Shown here piece by piece: positions 27,757 to 37,436 of a DNA stretch of 64,000 nucleotides; position 1 is the stretch's first letter; each line of letters opens with the position of its first letter. The position numbers and the translations under genes are program-made. Under the pieces are notes generated by a model. It saw only the letters and a list, made by a program, of their open reading frames with translations. It did no database searches and had not been told where the DNA came from. The DNA is from an uncultured Bacteroidales bacterium (GTDB lineage Bacteria; Bacteroidota; Bacteroidia; Bacteroidales; FEN-979), in contig CAIWXI010000135.1 in NCBI GenBank assembly GCA_903916595.1, positions 8,584 to 72,583 of the forward strand. The letters run 5' to 3'.

Positions 27757-29720
27757 TATTTATAGCAGTACCTCTTCATCACCTTATAAGCTTCTGAAAT
27801 ACCGAGCTCGCCGGCGCGGCTAAGGTCCTCGCAGCCGGCCTGGGAGTCACCCATCATGATTTGCACAAGACCCCGGTTGAACAAGGCTTCAGCAAAATTC
27901 TTACGCAGGCCAATTGCTTTGCTGAAATCTTCAAGGGCCCGGTGATAATTGCCCATCCTGCAGTAAACAATACCACGATTGTAGTAAGCAAAGAAAAATC
28001 CGGGATCTATTTTCAGGGCTGATTCGAAGTCGCATACTACTGCGTCGTAGGTGTGCTCAAGCTCAGTTGTGGTATACTGCTCCCGGGTCTTGGGGTTGGA
28101 CTTCCCAATAGTGATCTGCTGTTCGTAATTATCGAGGGTGCTGATCAGCTGGATCAAATCGTAGCGGGTTATCCCCCTGCAAAAATAGGGAAGGGCGTAC
28201 AAGCTGTCAAGCTCCTCCGCTGCTGCATAATCGGCAAAGGCTTCATTGTACTTTTTCAAGCCCGAATAAGCTACAGCCCTCTGTAAAAATGCATCGGAAA
28301 GTTCTGCACCCTTATTGATCCTGATGGTTTGAATTTCCCGCTGATTGTTGCAAAGTGAATCACTGATAAGATAGGGCCGGTATGTCAGCGAAAGGATACC
28401 GGTGGTATAATGTCCTTTATGCCATGTGTCGTACAATTCTATTACGTCGTAACCGGCCTTGCCCTGAAATAGCCTGAACATGGGCATCAGCGTTATCTCC
28501 ACAGCCTGGTTCTGGAACTTGCTGTTGCTGGTGTTCATCTCCTCGAAATCCCCGCTCAGCTTGACCAGGCTCTGCAGGAAGTCTTTCTTTTTGGTAGTGA
28601 GGCTGTCGGCCGACATATTGTTCTTCTTCGCAATTTCCATCGCCATTTTGTAATCTTTCTGGGCTCCGGCCATATCTTTCAGCTTCAGCTTGATCTCATA
28701 CCTCGCATACCAGGCATCAGCATAATCGGGAAGCAAATCCAGGGTCTTGTCCATATCCTCCAGAGCCCCCTTCGGATCGTTCTCCTGCATCTTCATCAGC
28801 CCGCGATAATAATAACTCACGATGTTCTTGGGGTTCAGTTTGATCACTTTGTCGAAATCACTGATAGCAGACTTTCGGTTTCCCATATCGTTATAAAGTA
28901 TGGCCCTGTTAAAGTATGCATAGGAATTATAAGGAGAAAGGCGGATAATTTTCCCCAGGTCGGCCAGGCCTGCCTTGTTGTCCTTTTTTTTGATCAGTGT
29001 GATGGACCGGTCAAACAAAGCAAAGATATTATTGCTGTCAAGGGCAATCGCCTTGTCGAAATATACAAGAGCAGAATCGTAGCCGATCTTTTCGCTCCAT
29101 GCTGTGCCAAGCTGGATGTAGGCATAAATGTTAGCCGGATTCATCTCAATAGCTTTTTTCATGTCTTCAATGGCCGCATCAAAACGGTCGATGCCCAACT
29201 CGGCAGCGCCTCTGATGATATATACGGTTTCATTTTCATATTTCAGCTTGATGGCCCGGTTACAGTCGGTGAGACAGGCATAGTATTTTTTCATGTATAA
29301 CTTGATCCTGGCCAGGGTGAAAAAAATGTCGGCATTGGTGCTGTCAAGCTTTGAAGCGGCCGAGAGATCTTCCAGCGCCCCGGCGTAATTCTGCTGCTGG
29401 CTCCTTACCTGGGACCGGTTCACGTATACGTCAGGCAAATATGGGAAAAGCGCGATGGACTTGCTAAAGTCCTGCTCGGCACCTATATAATCGTCCAGAC
29501 TGAACTTCACATATCCCCGCATATAATACAACTCAGGAATGGAAGCGTCGGTTTCTATACCCAGGTTAAGGGTTTTCAGGGCTTCCACATACTGCCCTGC
29601 ACGGATTAAAGTCTGGGCATCCCTTGCATAATTGCCTGCAGCCTGGGGCCGCGCAGTAAGGGCAGATAATAGAAAGGCTACCAGCAGCCAGATGACAGGA
29701 GAAAAATGTAGTTTCGGCAT
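27756..29720 (-). CDS. Tetratricopeptide repeat protein, exported
   Basis: 654 aa. Signal peptide and many 34-aa TPR-like units (A..Y..A..L.P....A...). Confidence 0.85.
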   Translation of the reverse strand: MPKLHFSPVIWLLVAFLLSALTARPQAAGNYARDAQTLIRAGQYVEALKTLNLGIETDASIPELYYMRGYVKFSLDDYIGAEQDFSKSIALFPYLPDVYVNRSQVRSQQQNYAGALEDLSAASKLDSTNADIFFTLARIKLYMKKYYACLTDCNRAIKLKYENETVYIIRGAAELGIDRFDAAIEDMKKAIEMNPANIYAYIQLGTAWSEKIGYDSALVYFDKAIALDSNNIFALFDRSITLIKKKDNKAGLADLGKIIRLSPYNSYAYFNRAILYNDMGNRKSAISDFDKVIKLNPKNIVSYYYRGLMKMQENDPKGALEDMDKTLDLLPDYADAWYARYEIKLKLKDMAGAQKDYKMAMEIAKKNNMSADSLTTKKKDFLQSLVKLSGDFEEMNTSNSKFQNQAVEITLMPMFRLFQGKAGYDVIELYDTWHKGHYTTGILSLTYRPYLISDSLCNNQREIQTIRINKGAELSDAFLQRAVAYSGLKKYNEAFADYAAAEELDSLYALPYFCRGITRYDLIQLISTLDNYEQQITIGKSNPKTREQYTTTELEHTYDAVVCDFESALKIDPGFFFAYYNRGIVYCRMGNYHRALEDFSKAIGLRKNFAEALFNRGLVQIMMGDSQAGCEDLSRAGELGISEAYKVMKRYCYK

Positions 29721-29788
29721 TATCAGCTAAGCCCGTGAGAATTCCACGATAGAATTTAAACGTCCCGGGAACTATTTATATTACAAGG

Positions 29789-29796
29789 CAAAGGTA
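29789..29796 (-). promoter_or_regulatory. -7 box TACCTTTG (minus strand)
   Basis: Plus strand reads caaaggta. It lies 69 nt upstream of the ATG at 29720. Confidence 0.35.
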
Positions 29797-29861
29797 ATAA
29801 AAAGTGGCGTATACGGAAGAACAGAAACTGGGCTTTTATGCCGCGATAATAGCTGCAGCAC

Positions 29862-32399
29862 CTATCTTTTCAACAGTTTCGTGCTCCACTTCGCCCCGTC
29901 CCTGCTGTATACTTTTACAATATACATCCCGTTCGCGAGTGAGGATGCATTGATACGGGTTTCGGGCAGGCTGCTGCATCGCCCGCCAATAACTTTCCGG
30001 CCGGTGATATCACTTACAGAATAATAATAGTCTGCGGATGAGGGAGCGTCTCTGAACTTAAGTTTTATTTCTTCATGACAAGGATTGGGATACAGACTGA
30101 AGCCGGAGCCTGAACCTGTATCAACATCAATGCCTGAAGGCGAATTTCCCCCGAGCTTTATCCCGTCGCCGAAAGAAGTTACCCATGTTTCTGCTGAATT
30201 GTACGGACTAAAAAAAACTCTCATCGGATGCCTGAAGGGGTAACTGCTGACCTGAGTGAAATGCGGAACGGCGGCCGAAGCATCGCTGCTGTACCATAAT
30301 CCGTCGGTCTCGGTTGTGAAGTACACCTCGCCGGGCGACCCGGGTTTGAAGCTGCAGGAATTCACCCTGAAATTATCGTTGATCCTCGTCCAGCTTAGAC
30401 CTTTGTCGGTTGTCCTGAACAAACCTCCCGTACCTTGTATTCCCGTCGTTCCCCAGCCCTGGAAAACACAGGCGTACCATGTGCTTTGAGCCGCATCGCC
30501 GGGGTCGATCACAACATCCTGGGTCCAGAATCTCATGTTCGCATCGGAACGGTCATACCATGTTGAGGTCGCATTATTGTAGTAAAATACTCCGGAGCTG
30601 TCTGTGAAGGCTGCGCTGCCCGTTGGTTTCCGGGCCGAGAAACTGCAAACGAGATCACCGTTGTTCATTACACTGATGTTGAAAGGATGCCCGTTGCTCC
30701 TGGGAGGGGCCGGCATCTTGACCCATGTTGAAGCTGCCCCGGCGCTCAGGTTGGATGTCACCCAGATCCCCCCGATGTTTTGTTTGTTGTGATGCAGAAC
30801 GCTTGCGAACATTTTCTCAGGATTGCCCGGATCAAGGGCTATCCATACCACGGGATGCCCGAAATTATGCAGCAGGGTAAAACTGTTCCCATTATCATTT
30901 GAAACATACACATTGCCTGTTCCGGCATCAATCTGGGCATCATAGATCCTGGTGCTCTGGAAGATGTCGTGGATGTTGGAAGTTGCTGCATAGATTTTTC
31001 CGTTCGGATGTTTAACGAGACGGTAGACGGTATTCTGGGTAAGGTTGGGGATGAACTTCCAGCTTTCCCCGTGATCATCGCTCATGATACCGTTGACATC
31101 TGAATACGCCCCGAACAGATGCAGGCTGTCGGCCCACATCAATTGCCAGCAGGAGGTATTCTCAAGCCCGATACCATGATATTTTTTTCCGATGGGAGTG
31201 GGAGCATTCATAGGGTTTTCATCTTCATGCCTAAGGTATTGCTGCTGCCATGTGGAACCGCCATCGGTACTGATATGAGCACAGGAATAGTCGCTCAGCA
31301 TCAGAGTACCGGCATCGTTCAAAGCTACATTGAAACCGAAGGGCGCTTCGGGAAAACTCCACCCGTGATCTCCCCCCGACCCGGCCCATCCGGTATAAAT
31401 ATTCTGATTGTTCACTGTCAGGAAAACATGAGCCCAGTTGCCCCCGTTCAACGATTTCATAACTATCGGAGCTCCTGCAGAACTACCCCCGCTGATGTAC
31501 GCGGTTGAAATGTCATCAGCAGACATCCCGATAAAAACAGGGAAATCGCTTCCTGAAGTAATGCCCCCGGTTTGTGAAACCCAGGTTCCGCCGGCATTGT
31601 CCATACTGTATATGCCTTTCATAGCGCCCCAGTAATCACTCCCGTACTGATACCCGGCCCATACTGCCGATGCGGTCAGGCAGTAAAAACGGGTAGTGCC
31701 TCCCTGCTTTGCACCGGCAAAGGACAGGATGTATTCGTTTGACGGGATGCCTGTGACGCTCATGGTGCTGAATGTCTGTCCGTTATTTGTCGAAACCAGT
31801 AATCCGTCGTTAGTCCCTATGTATATAGCCGGACTGTCGAAGAAAATACCGGCTATATGGTTCCCCGATCCGTTGGAAAGACAGGTGTGGACCTGGTGAA
31901 ACGTGGCTCCGCCATCCGCCGAGAAATAAATAGTGCCGTAATCGGCGATCATCAGGAGTTCAGGATGGTTGTAATCGGCCAGAAGCCTTAAGATACTCCC
32001 GTTGGGTGCGGGCGGGTAAGGATTTCCGCTGAGCACGCTCCATGTGTTTCCGCCATCAGTGCTTTTCATGGGCCTTATGCAATCATTGCCCTGTATCGTG
32101 GAATAATCGACGCAGTACCTGAGCTGAGGATCGTTTGTAAACTGCACACAGGCATCATGCCCACCCTGGATATGAAGAAAGTTCACTTCATGCCAGCTAT
32201 AACCAAGGTCGGTTGAATGATACAGCGCGCTCATATCGCAGCCAAGGTAAATCTCATTGTGATCGGCAGGATTGATCGAAGGGGAAAACAAAGCGCCCCC
32301 ACCTCCGATGCCGCGGCTGTGCCATGTATCAGGAGTCTGAGAATTAACCCCTGTGACTACGGCAGCCAGGAACAAAAATTGCAGAAATAATTTTTTCAT
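29862..32399 (-). CDS. BNR/Asp-box repeat (sialidase/GH74-like beta-propeller) protein with T9SS C-terminal sorting domain
   Basis: Asp-boxes are STDGGNTW, SADGGATF, STNNGQTF, STDGGSTW, SDDHGESW, SNDNGNSF and TTDKGLSW. The C-terminal ~80 aa (FSLYPNPCHEEIKLKF...GMYIVKVYS...) is a type A T9SS CTD. Confidence 0.8.
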   Translation of the reverse strand: MKKLFLQFLFLAAVVTGVNSQTPDTWHSRGIGGGGALFSPSINPADHNEIYLGCDMSALYHSTDLGYSWHEVNFLHIQGGHDACVQFTNDPQLRYCVDYSTIQGNDCIRPMKSTDGGNTWSVLSGNPYPPAPNGSILRLLADYNHPELLMIADYGTIYFSADGGATFHQVHTCLSNGSGNHIAGIFFDSPAIYIGTNDGLLVSTNNGQTFSTMSVTGIPSNEYILSFAGAKQGGTTRFYCLTASAVWAGYQYGSDYWGAMKGIYSMDNAGGTWVSQTGGITSGSDFPVFIGMSADDISTAYISGGSSAGAPIVMKSLNGGNWAHVFLTVNNQNIYTGWAGSGGDHGWSFPEAPFGFNVALNDAGTLMLSDYSCAHISTDGGSTWQQQYLRHEDENPMNAPTPIGKKYHGIGLENTSCWQLMWADSLHLFGAYSDVNGIMSDDHGESWKFIPNLTQNTVYRLVKHPNGKIYAATSNIHDIFQSTRIYDAQIDAGTGNVYVSNDNGNSFTLLHNFGHPVVWIALDPGNPEKMFASVLHHNKQNIGGIWVTSNLSAGAASTWVKMPAPPRSNGHPFNISVMNNGDLVCSFSARKPTGSAAFTDSSGVFYYNNATSTWYDRSDANMRFWTQDVVIDPGDAAQSTWYACVFQGWGTTGIQGTGGLFRTTDKGLSWTRINDNFRVNSCSFKPGSPGEVYFTTETDGLWYSSDASAAVPHFTQVSSYPFRHPMRVFFSPYNSAETWVTSFGDGIKLGGNSPSGIDVDTGSGSGFSLYPNPCHEEIKLKFRDAPSSADYYYSVSDITGRKVIGGRCSSLPETRINASSLANGMYIVKVYSRDGAKWSTKLLKR

Positions 32400-32533
32400 G
32401 ATCGATGTTGTTTGTCTGAATATAAAGATATGAAATATGGCACAGGGTTGCTTCGTTATGATTTTTTGCAGTATCTTTAACTCCGTTTTGTACTATTTCA
32501 CGGGATTCGGAGTTAATATTTAAACACTTCAAC

Positions 32534-33238
32534 ATGAAAAAAATAATTCTTGTTTCGATTGGCCTGCTTTGCCTTGTGTCGGTATATGCCCAAAATGACT
32601 TGTCACAACCGCAAAAAAAGAGCGATTCCTCAGGTTTTAAAACCGTTTTCGGCGGAAATAAACACCACTGTAAAGTCCCTCTTGGATACTTTGTTGAGAT
32701 CAGCGGAGCCTATACAATGGTTGGCTCCAACAACGCCTTTATGCCTGGTCTCAGCGCAGGTATAATTCTCAACCACCACTGGACCATCGGACTTACCGGA
32801 AGCATGCTTGGTATGCCTCGGGGCTTTCATTACGACAGCATTTATCTCGATACCTTGGGACGGCCAATGAAAGGGGCTTACCTGAAGGGAGGTTATGGCG
32901 GACTTCTTCTCGAGTATACCTTACTGCCAAAGTCGGTCGTACATGTGTCGTTTCCGCTGATGATCGGAATGGGGTATATGTTTTTCAGAAGCACCGACTC
33001 GTATAATTCCAACCATAACAATAACTGGAACAACAACTGGAATAATTACGTAGTGGCCAATACTTATTGCTTTGTGATAGAACCCGGGGTCAGAGCCGAA
33101 TTTAATCTGGTAAAGATTCTGCGGATGGGTGTGACCGTAAGCTACCGCTACGCCCCTGGCTTTAGCCTGGCTGGCATCTCTGCAAGCACCCTCAACCAGT
33201 TCAACGCGAAACTAAGCTTCAGGTTCGGGAAGTTTTAG
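32534..33238 (+). CDS. Hypothetical outer-membrane beta-barrel protein
   Basis: 234 aa. Signal peptide, Gly/aromatic strands, an Asn-rich loop (NSNHNNNWNNNWNN) and a C-terminal Phe. Confidence 0.55.
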   Translation: MKKIILVSIGLLCLVSVYAQNDLSQPQKKSDSSGFKTVFGGNKHHCKVPLGYFVEISGAYTMVGSNNAFMPGLSAGIILNHHWTIGLTGSMLGMPRGFHYDSIYLDTLGRPMKGAYLKGGYGGLLLEYTLLPKSVVHVSFPLMIGMGYMFFRSTDSYNSNHNNNWNNNWNNYVVANTYCFVIEPGVRAEFNLVKILRMGVTVSYRYAPGFSLAGISASTLNQFNAKLSFRFGKF

Positions 33239-33273
33239 ATCAGATATCGGATATCAGATATCAGAAATCTGCC
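33239..33273. repeat. Heptamer array ATCAGAT / ATCGGAT, about 5 copies
   Basis: Starts immediately after the TAG at 33236-33238 and contains the GH2 stop codon (tca at 33261-33263). Same family as 35749-35783. Confidence 0.85.
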
Positions 33274-35708
33274 ATCTGTATCACAGCAACCACCGGTTTG
33301 AGGGTTTCCGACGAGGCGCTAAGAGTCAGCGTTCCCTGACCTCTTCCCGACTGAACGATCACCTGGCATTTTCCGCTGAACAGCTTCCTTTGCCAGTTCC
33401 CCGGGGCACATTGATCTGCCTCGTGGGAGCTGGGATCCCCATTGCCCACGCCTATAATCTTTCCTTCTCCCTTCAGTTCAAATTTAATAAGGTTCGAGGC
33501 AACCGGGACTTCCCTTCCTTTTTCGTCCAGCACGCTGATGTTGACCACGCTCACATCCACCCCGTTTCCCTTGATAATGCTGCGATCTGGGCTTAGTACG
33601 ATACTGACCGGCGACCCTGTGGTTTCGACCTTAGTAACGATCTTCTTAACGTCCTTCTTCCCGTTCTTCATCACGATTTTAGTTCCCCTTGCCTCCAGCG
33701 TTCCGGGCTTATAAGCTACGTTCCATTCGAGATGACTGTTCAAAGGCATTTTCTTTGAACCCAGGCTCTTCCCGTTCAGGAACAGCTCCACCCTTTCGCA
33801 GTTCGAATTGCACCACACACTGATCGTGTCGCCTTCCCGTCCTTGCCAGTTCCAATGCGGGTAAATATGGAGGACGTCATCCGCAGTCCACCAGCTTTTA
33901 TAATAATAATAGTTGTTCTTCGGGAATCCGCAAACATCCATGATCCCGAAATGGGAACTGATGCAGGGCCAGCCGTAAGGCGTGGGCTCTCCCCGGTAAT
34001 CGAAGCCGGTCCACACGAAAGCGCCCAGCAGGAAAGGCCTTGCAGAATAGTAAGTCCACCATTTCTCTGCCGTTGTTCCCCAATAGGGATGCGTCACATC
34101 GTAATCGGGCACATAGCCTTTCACCGTGTCTTTATAGTATATCCCGCGGGTGCAAAGCGTGCTTGCTTCCTCGCTCCCCATCAGGATCTGACCGGGATGC
34201 CCGCTATGGTACTTGTCTATATCGGCATTGTTGTTCATGTAATTGAACCCCCGAATCGGCACCAGCTCGTTCACGCCCTTCCACTCATTTCCGTTGTTGC
34301 CGGCATAGGAATAAAGCCTCGTGGGATCGAGCTGCTTTAGCCTGGCAATAAGGGACTTTGCAATATTATGCCCTGTTTCGTTCCCCTGTACCACCCATTC
34401 TTCGTTGCCTATCGACCAGATGAAGATGCTCGGGTGGTTGCGGTCCCTCAGGATCAGCCTTTCGAACTGCCCCATGTACTCGGGAGAACTGCCCATAAGC
34501 CTTGTCTCGTCAAACACCAGCATGCCCAGCTTATCGCAGGCGTCGAGCAGCTCCCTGGTCGGAGGGTTGTGGCTTGTACGGTATGCATTACAGCCCATTT
34601 CCTTAAGTTTTTCAATGCGGTAATACTGCAGGCGGTCGGGCAGGGCCGATCCAACCCCGGCGTGGTCCTGGTGACAGCATACTCCCTTTATCTCCACCCG
34701 CTTACCGTTGAGGAAAAAGCCTTTGTCCTTATCGAATTCCATGGTTCTGATCCCGAATGCCGTGCTCATGCTGTCGATCACTTTGCCTCCCGATTTCACG
34801 AGTGAGACCAGAGTATACAGGAAAGGTGTTTCAAGGGACCAGAGTTTCGGGTCAGATACTTTGATTTCCGAGCTCAGGGCCATGGTCATCAGCGGCGAGA
34901 TCATCTGCGGTTTGCCCGCATTGATCCCGACCTGCTTCCCATCCGGTCCCAACACCTGAGATTCCAGCTCAAAGTCAGTATTTTTCTCACCCTGGTTGAT
35001 GATTTCGGTCCCGGCAATGATCAGAGCTGCATTATCCCTCATCTCGGTACGCACAAACACCCCGTATTCCATAATATGCAGGGGGTTGTAAATCTCCATC
35101 CAAACATGGCGGTATATCCCCGCACCTTCATAAAACCAGCCTTCATACTGGGTGGCATCCGCCCTTATTACAAGTACATTCTTTTTACCGGGCCAGATAT
35201 AATCGGTTACATCGAAACTGAATTCGGAATACCCGCTCATGTTGTTTACCATGTAATGTCCGTTCAGCCATACCCTGCAGTCACGGAACACCCCGTCGAA
35301 CCGTATCCTGATCCGTTTGCCCCGGTCGGCCTCTGGTACTGTGAATGACTTACGGTACCAGCCTATCGTGCTCTCAGGATAGATGCGCCCCGCCGGCTTG
35401 AAGCCATGGCTCAGCACATTGGGATTGTCGCTCTTCACGAAGTCCTGCTCAGCCATCCAGTCATGCGGTACGTCAATCGACCTCCAGTCCTCATCTTTGA
35501 AATCAGGGGCAACCGGTCCGTAAGCCTCCCCGGCCTTGGCAAACAATGCCGAAGCTCCATATCCGAAATCTTTTTCTGCGGATGAGGCGCTGCCCAGGTG
35601 AAACTTCCACCCCCGATCCATCAGGAGTTTTTCGCGTGGATTGCCGGCTTTTATGGAAGCTGCGGCGAGACAAAGGATCAGGCAGAGGAAGATGGCTGTT
35701 TTTTTCAT
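33261..35708 (-). CDS. Glycoside hydrolase family 2 (beta-galactosidase-like), exported
   Basis: 815 aa with a signal peptide. GH2 hallmarks include DVPHDW, a sugar-binding N-domain and the TIM-barrel region NHPSIFIWSIGNEE. Confidence 0.9.
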   Translation of the reverse strand: MKKTAIFLCLILCLAAASIKAGNPREKLLMDRGWKFHLGSASSAEKDFGYGASALFAKAGEAYGPVAPDFKDEDWRSIDVPHDWMAEQDFVKSDNPNVLSHGFKPAGRIYPESTIGWYRKSFTVPEADRGKRIRIRFDGVFRDCRVWLNGHYMVNNMSGYSEFSFDVTDYIWPGKKNVLVIRADATQYEGWFYEGAGIYRHVWMEIYNPLHIMEYGVFVRTEMRDNAALIIAGTEIINQGEKNTDFELESQVLGPDGKQVGINAGKPQMISPLMTMALSSEIKVSDPKLWSLETPFLYTLVSLVKSGGKVIDSMSTAFGIRTMEFDKDKGFFLNGKRVEIKGVCCHQDHAGVGSALPDRLQYYRIEKLKEMGCNAYRTSHNPPTRELLDACDKLGMLVFDETRLMGSSPEYMGQFERLILRDRNHPSIFIWSIGNEEWVVQGNETGHNIAKSLIARLKQLDPTRLYSYAGNNGNEWKGVNELVPIRGFNYMNNNADIDKYHSGHPGQILMGSEEASTLCTRGIYYKDTVKGYVPDYDVTHPYWGTTAEKWWTYYSARPFLLGAFVWTGFDYRGEPTPYGWPCISSHFGIMDVCGFPKNNYYYYKSWWTADDVLHIYPHWNWQGREGDTISVWCNSNCERVELFLNGKSLGSKKMPLNSHLEWNVAYKPGTLEARGTKIVMKNGKKDVKKIVTKVETTGSPVSIVLSPDRSIIKGNGVDVSVVNISVLDEKGREVPVASNLIKFELKGEGKIIGVGNGDPSSHEADQCAPGNWQRKLFSGKCQVIVQSGRGQGTLTLSASSETLKPVVAVIQMADF

Positions 35709-35748
35709 AAGGTCGGATTAATGTATTGAACATTCAAAAGTAAGGAAA

Positions 35749-35783
35749 TATCAGATGGCGGATAGCAGATATCAGATGGCTCC
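35749..35783. repeat. Heptamer array TATCAGA / TGGCGGA / TAGCAGA (left inverted arm)
   Basis: Sequence is tatcaga tggcgga tagcaga tatcaga tggctcc. Positions 35749-35769 are complementary at 19 of 21 positions to 36030-36050. Confidence 0.85.
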
Positions 35784-35927
35784 GCTTTTGCTCGCAACTT
35801 CACACCGCGGCTGCGGTTCGCTTTTGCTCGCAGCTTCACACCGCGGCTGCGGTTCGCTTTTGCTCGCAACTTCACACCGCGGCTGCGGTTCGCTTTTGCT
35901 CGCAACTTCACACCGCCGCTACGGTGT
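35784..35927. repeat. 36-nt tandem repeat x4
   Basis: The unit is gcttttgctcgcaacttcacaccgcggctgcggttc. Copies 1-3 differ by one substitution and copy 4 is degenerate at its 3' end. There are no spacers between copies. Confidence 0.95.
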
Positions 35928-35937
35928 CACTGCGTTC

Positions 35938-36006
35938 CACCTGAGGCGGCTTGTGTGAATTGCTTCGCTCGGCTGCACCTGATGCCGCTTGTATGAATTG
36001 CTTCGC
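35938..36006. repeat. 38-nt-period direct repeat x2 (31-nt conserved core)
   Basis: cacctgaggcggcttgtgtgaattgcttcgc at 35938-35968 matches cacctgatgccgcttgtatgaattgcttcgc at 35976-36006. Confidence 0.85.
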
Positions 36007-36015
36007 GTTCCATAA

Positions 36016-36050
36016 TCCGCCATCTGCTATCCGCTATCCGCCATCCGATA
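36016..36050. repeat. Heptamer array TCCGCCA / TCTGCTA (right inverted arm)
   Basis: Sequence is tccgcca tctgcta tccgcta tccgcca tccgata. It is the reverse-complement family of the 35749 array. Confidence 0.85.
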
Positions 36051-36057
36051 ACTTTAC

Positions 36058-36065
36058 TACTTTTG
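36058..36065 (+). promoter_or_regulatory. -7 box TACTTTTG
   Basis: Matches TAnnTTTG and lies 22 nt upstream of the ATG at 36088, just after the repeat block. Confidence 0.45.
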
Positions 36066-36087
36066 CTCACTCATCCTGAACATTCCC

Positions 36088-37272
36088 ATGACTACCAGAC
36101 TCTGGAACAGGAATTTCACGCTCCTCACCCTTTCTAACTTCCTGATGGGTTGTTCCTACTATTCGCTGATCTCAACACTCCCGTTGTACGTTTCCGATGT
36201 ACTTCATTCCCCTCACAGCATCGTCGGACTGGTCCTTTCGGCCTATGCAATTGCCGCAATCCTGGTAAGGCCATTTACCGGATTCGGTCTGGACTACTTT
36301 GGCCGTAAAACTATCTTTCTTGCTTCACTCCTCGTTTATGCATTGATCTTTAACGGTTATGTTTTTGCTTCAACTGTGATGATCATGCTGTTTCTGAGGT
36401 TTGCTCACGGGCTGACCTGGGGTCTCACCACGACTGCAAATACGACGCTTGCAGGTGATATCATCCCGTCTGAAAAAAGGGGTGAGGGTTTCGGCCTTTT
36501 CGGGGTCACAACTACCATCGGCATGGCCCTGGGCCCTCCCATAGGAACATTCATCCTCCAGCATTCCGGTTACAATGCCATGTTCATCTCGGGCTCCGTC
36601 ATCAGCATTGTCAGTATGGTCATGGCATCGCTGATCAAATACCCCGTATACATACCGCTTCCACAAAACCGGCAGTTCAAGTGGAAGAACCTGTTCGAGG
36701 CCGCTACAGTCATCCCTTCTGGAAATCTTCTGATCATCGGCCTTTCTTATGGCGGCCTTATGTCTTTCATTGCTTTATACGGTAAAGAAATAGGGATAGA
36801 GAACCCTTCGGTGTTCTTCCTGGTATTTGCAGTGGGCATCATCACATCCAGGTTTTCAACCGGAAAAGCAGTTGACCGCAACGGACCCAGGCTAGTCATC
36901 ATCATCTGCCTTATTCTTCTGATCATAGGTTATCCCATACTGGCGCTGATACGAAATTCATGGGGGTACTATACTGCCGCACTGATTATTGGCCTTGGTA
37001 ACGGAGTGGTGTGGCCCACATTCCAGGCCATGGTAAATAATATCGTGCCATCCAACCGCCGGGGTGCAGCCAATTCAACATTGTTCATGTCGATGGACCT
37101 GGGCATGGGGCTGGGTATGGTCATCGCCGGACTGATCTCGCAGAAGTACAGCATCTCTTTGGCATTTTTGTGCTGCTCATTATATTGCGCTACCGGACTG
37201 ATACTTTTCAGGACGTTCACGCTGAAACACTACCTGAAGCATCGTGTACTTGTTCTGGTGGAGAGAAAATAG
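36088..37272 (+). CDS. MFS transporter
   Basis: 394 aa with about 12 hydrophobic helices. Has an MFS loop motif (G..LD.FGRK). Confidence 0.9.
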   Translation: MTTRLWNRNFTLLTLSNFLMGCSYYSLISTLPLYVSDVLHSPHSIVGLVLSAYAIAAILVRPFTGFGLDYFGRKTIFLASLLVYALIFNGYVFASTVMIMLFLRFAHGLTWGLTTTANTTLAGDIIPSEKRGEGFGLFGVTTTIGMALGPPIGTFILQHSGYNAMFISGSVISIVSMVMASLIKYPVYIPLPQNRQFKWKNLFEAATVIPSGNLLIIGLSYGGLMSFIALYGKEIGIENPSVFFLVFAVGIITSRFSTGKAVDRNGPRLVIIICLILLIIGYPILALIRNSWGYYTAALIIGLGNGVVWPTFQAMVNNIVPSNRRGAANSTLFMSMDLGMGLGMVIAGLISQKYSISLAFLCCSLYCATGLILFRTFTLKHYLKHRVLVLVERK

Positions 37273-37282
37273 TGAAATGGTG
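37267..37282. repeat. Two octamers, AAATAGTG and AAATGGTG, in inverse orientation to the downstream array
   Basis: They contain the MFS stop TAG at 37270-37272 and are complementary to CACCATTT units downstream. Confidence 0.8.
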
Positions 37283-37340
37283 AAAAATATTTATTTTCGT
37301 CATTACACGATTTCGCTGCTTTCTTTTATTTTTTTAATTT

Positions 37341-37436
37341 CACCATTTCACCATTTCACCATTTCACCATTTCACCATTTCACCATTTCACCATTTCACC
37401 ATTTCACCATTTCACCATTTCACCATTTCACCATTT
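37341..37436. repeat. Octamer tandem array CACCATTT x12 (perfect)
   Basis: 96 nt of perfect repeat, ending 5 nt before the GH35 ATG at 37442. Confidence 0.97.

Noticed and set aside
35784-35927. Possible CRISPR array (36-nt repeat length is in the CRISPR range)
   Set aside because: The copies are directly adjacent with no spacers. There are only four, and no cas genes occur anywhere in the window.
35705-35958. ORFs encoding KLRAKANRSRGV repeats (minus strand) and GCGSLLLATSHR repeats (plus strand)
   Set aside because: They are translation artefacts of the 36-nt tandem repeat in the GH2/MFS intergenic region. There is no start context, and both strands are open simply because the unit lacks stop codons.
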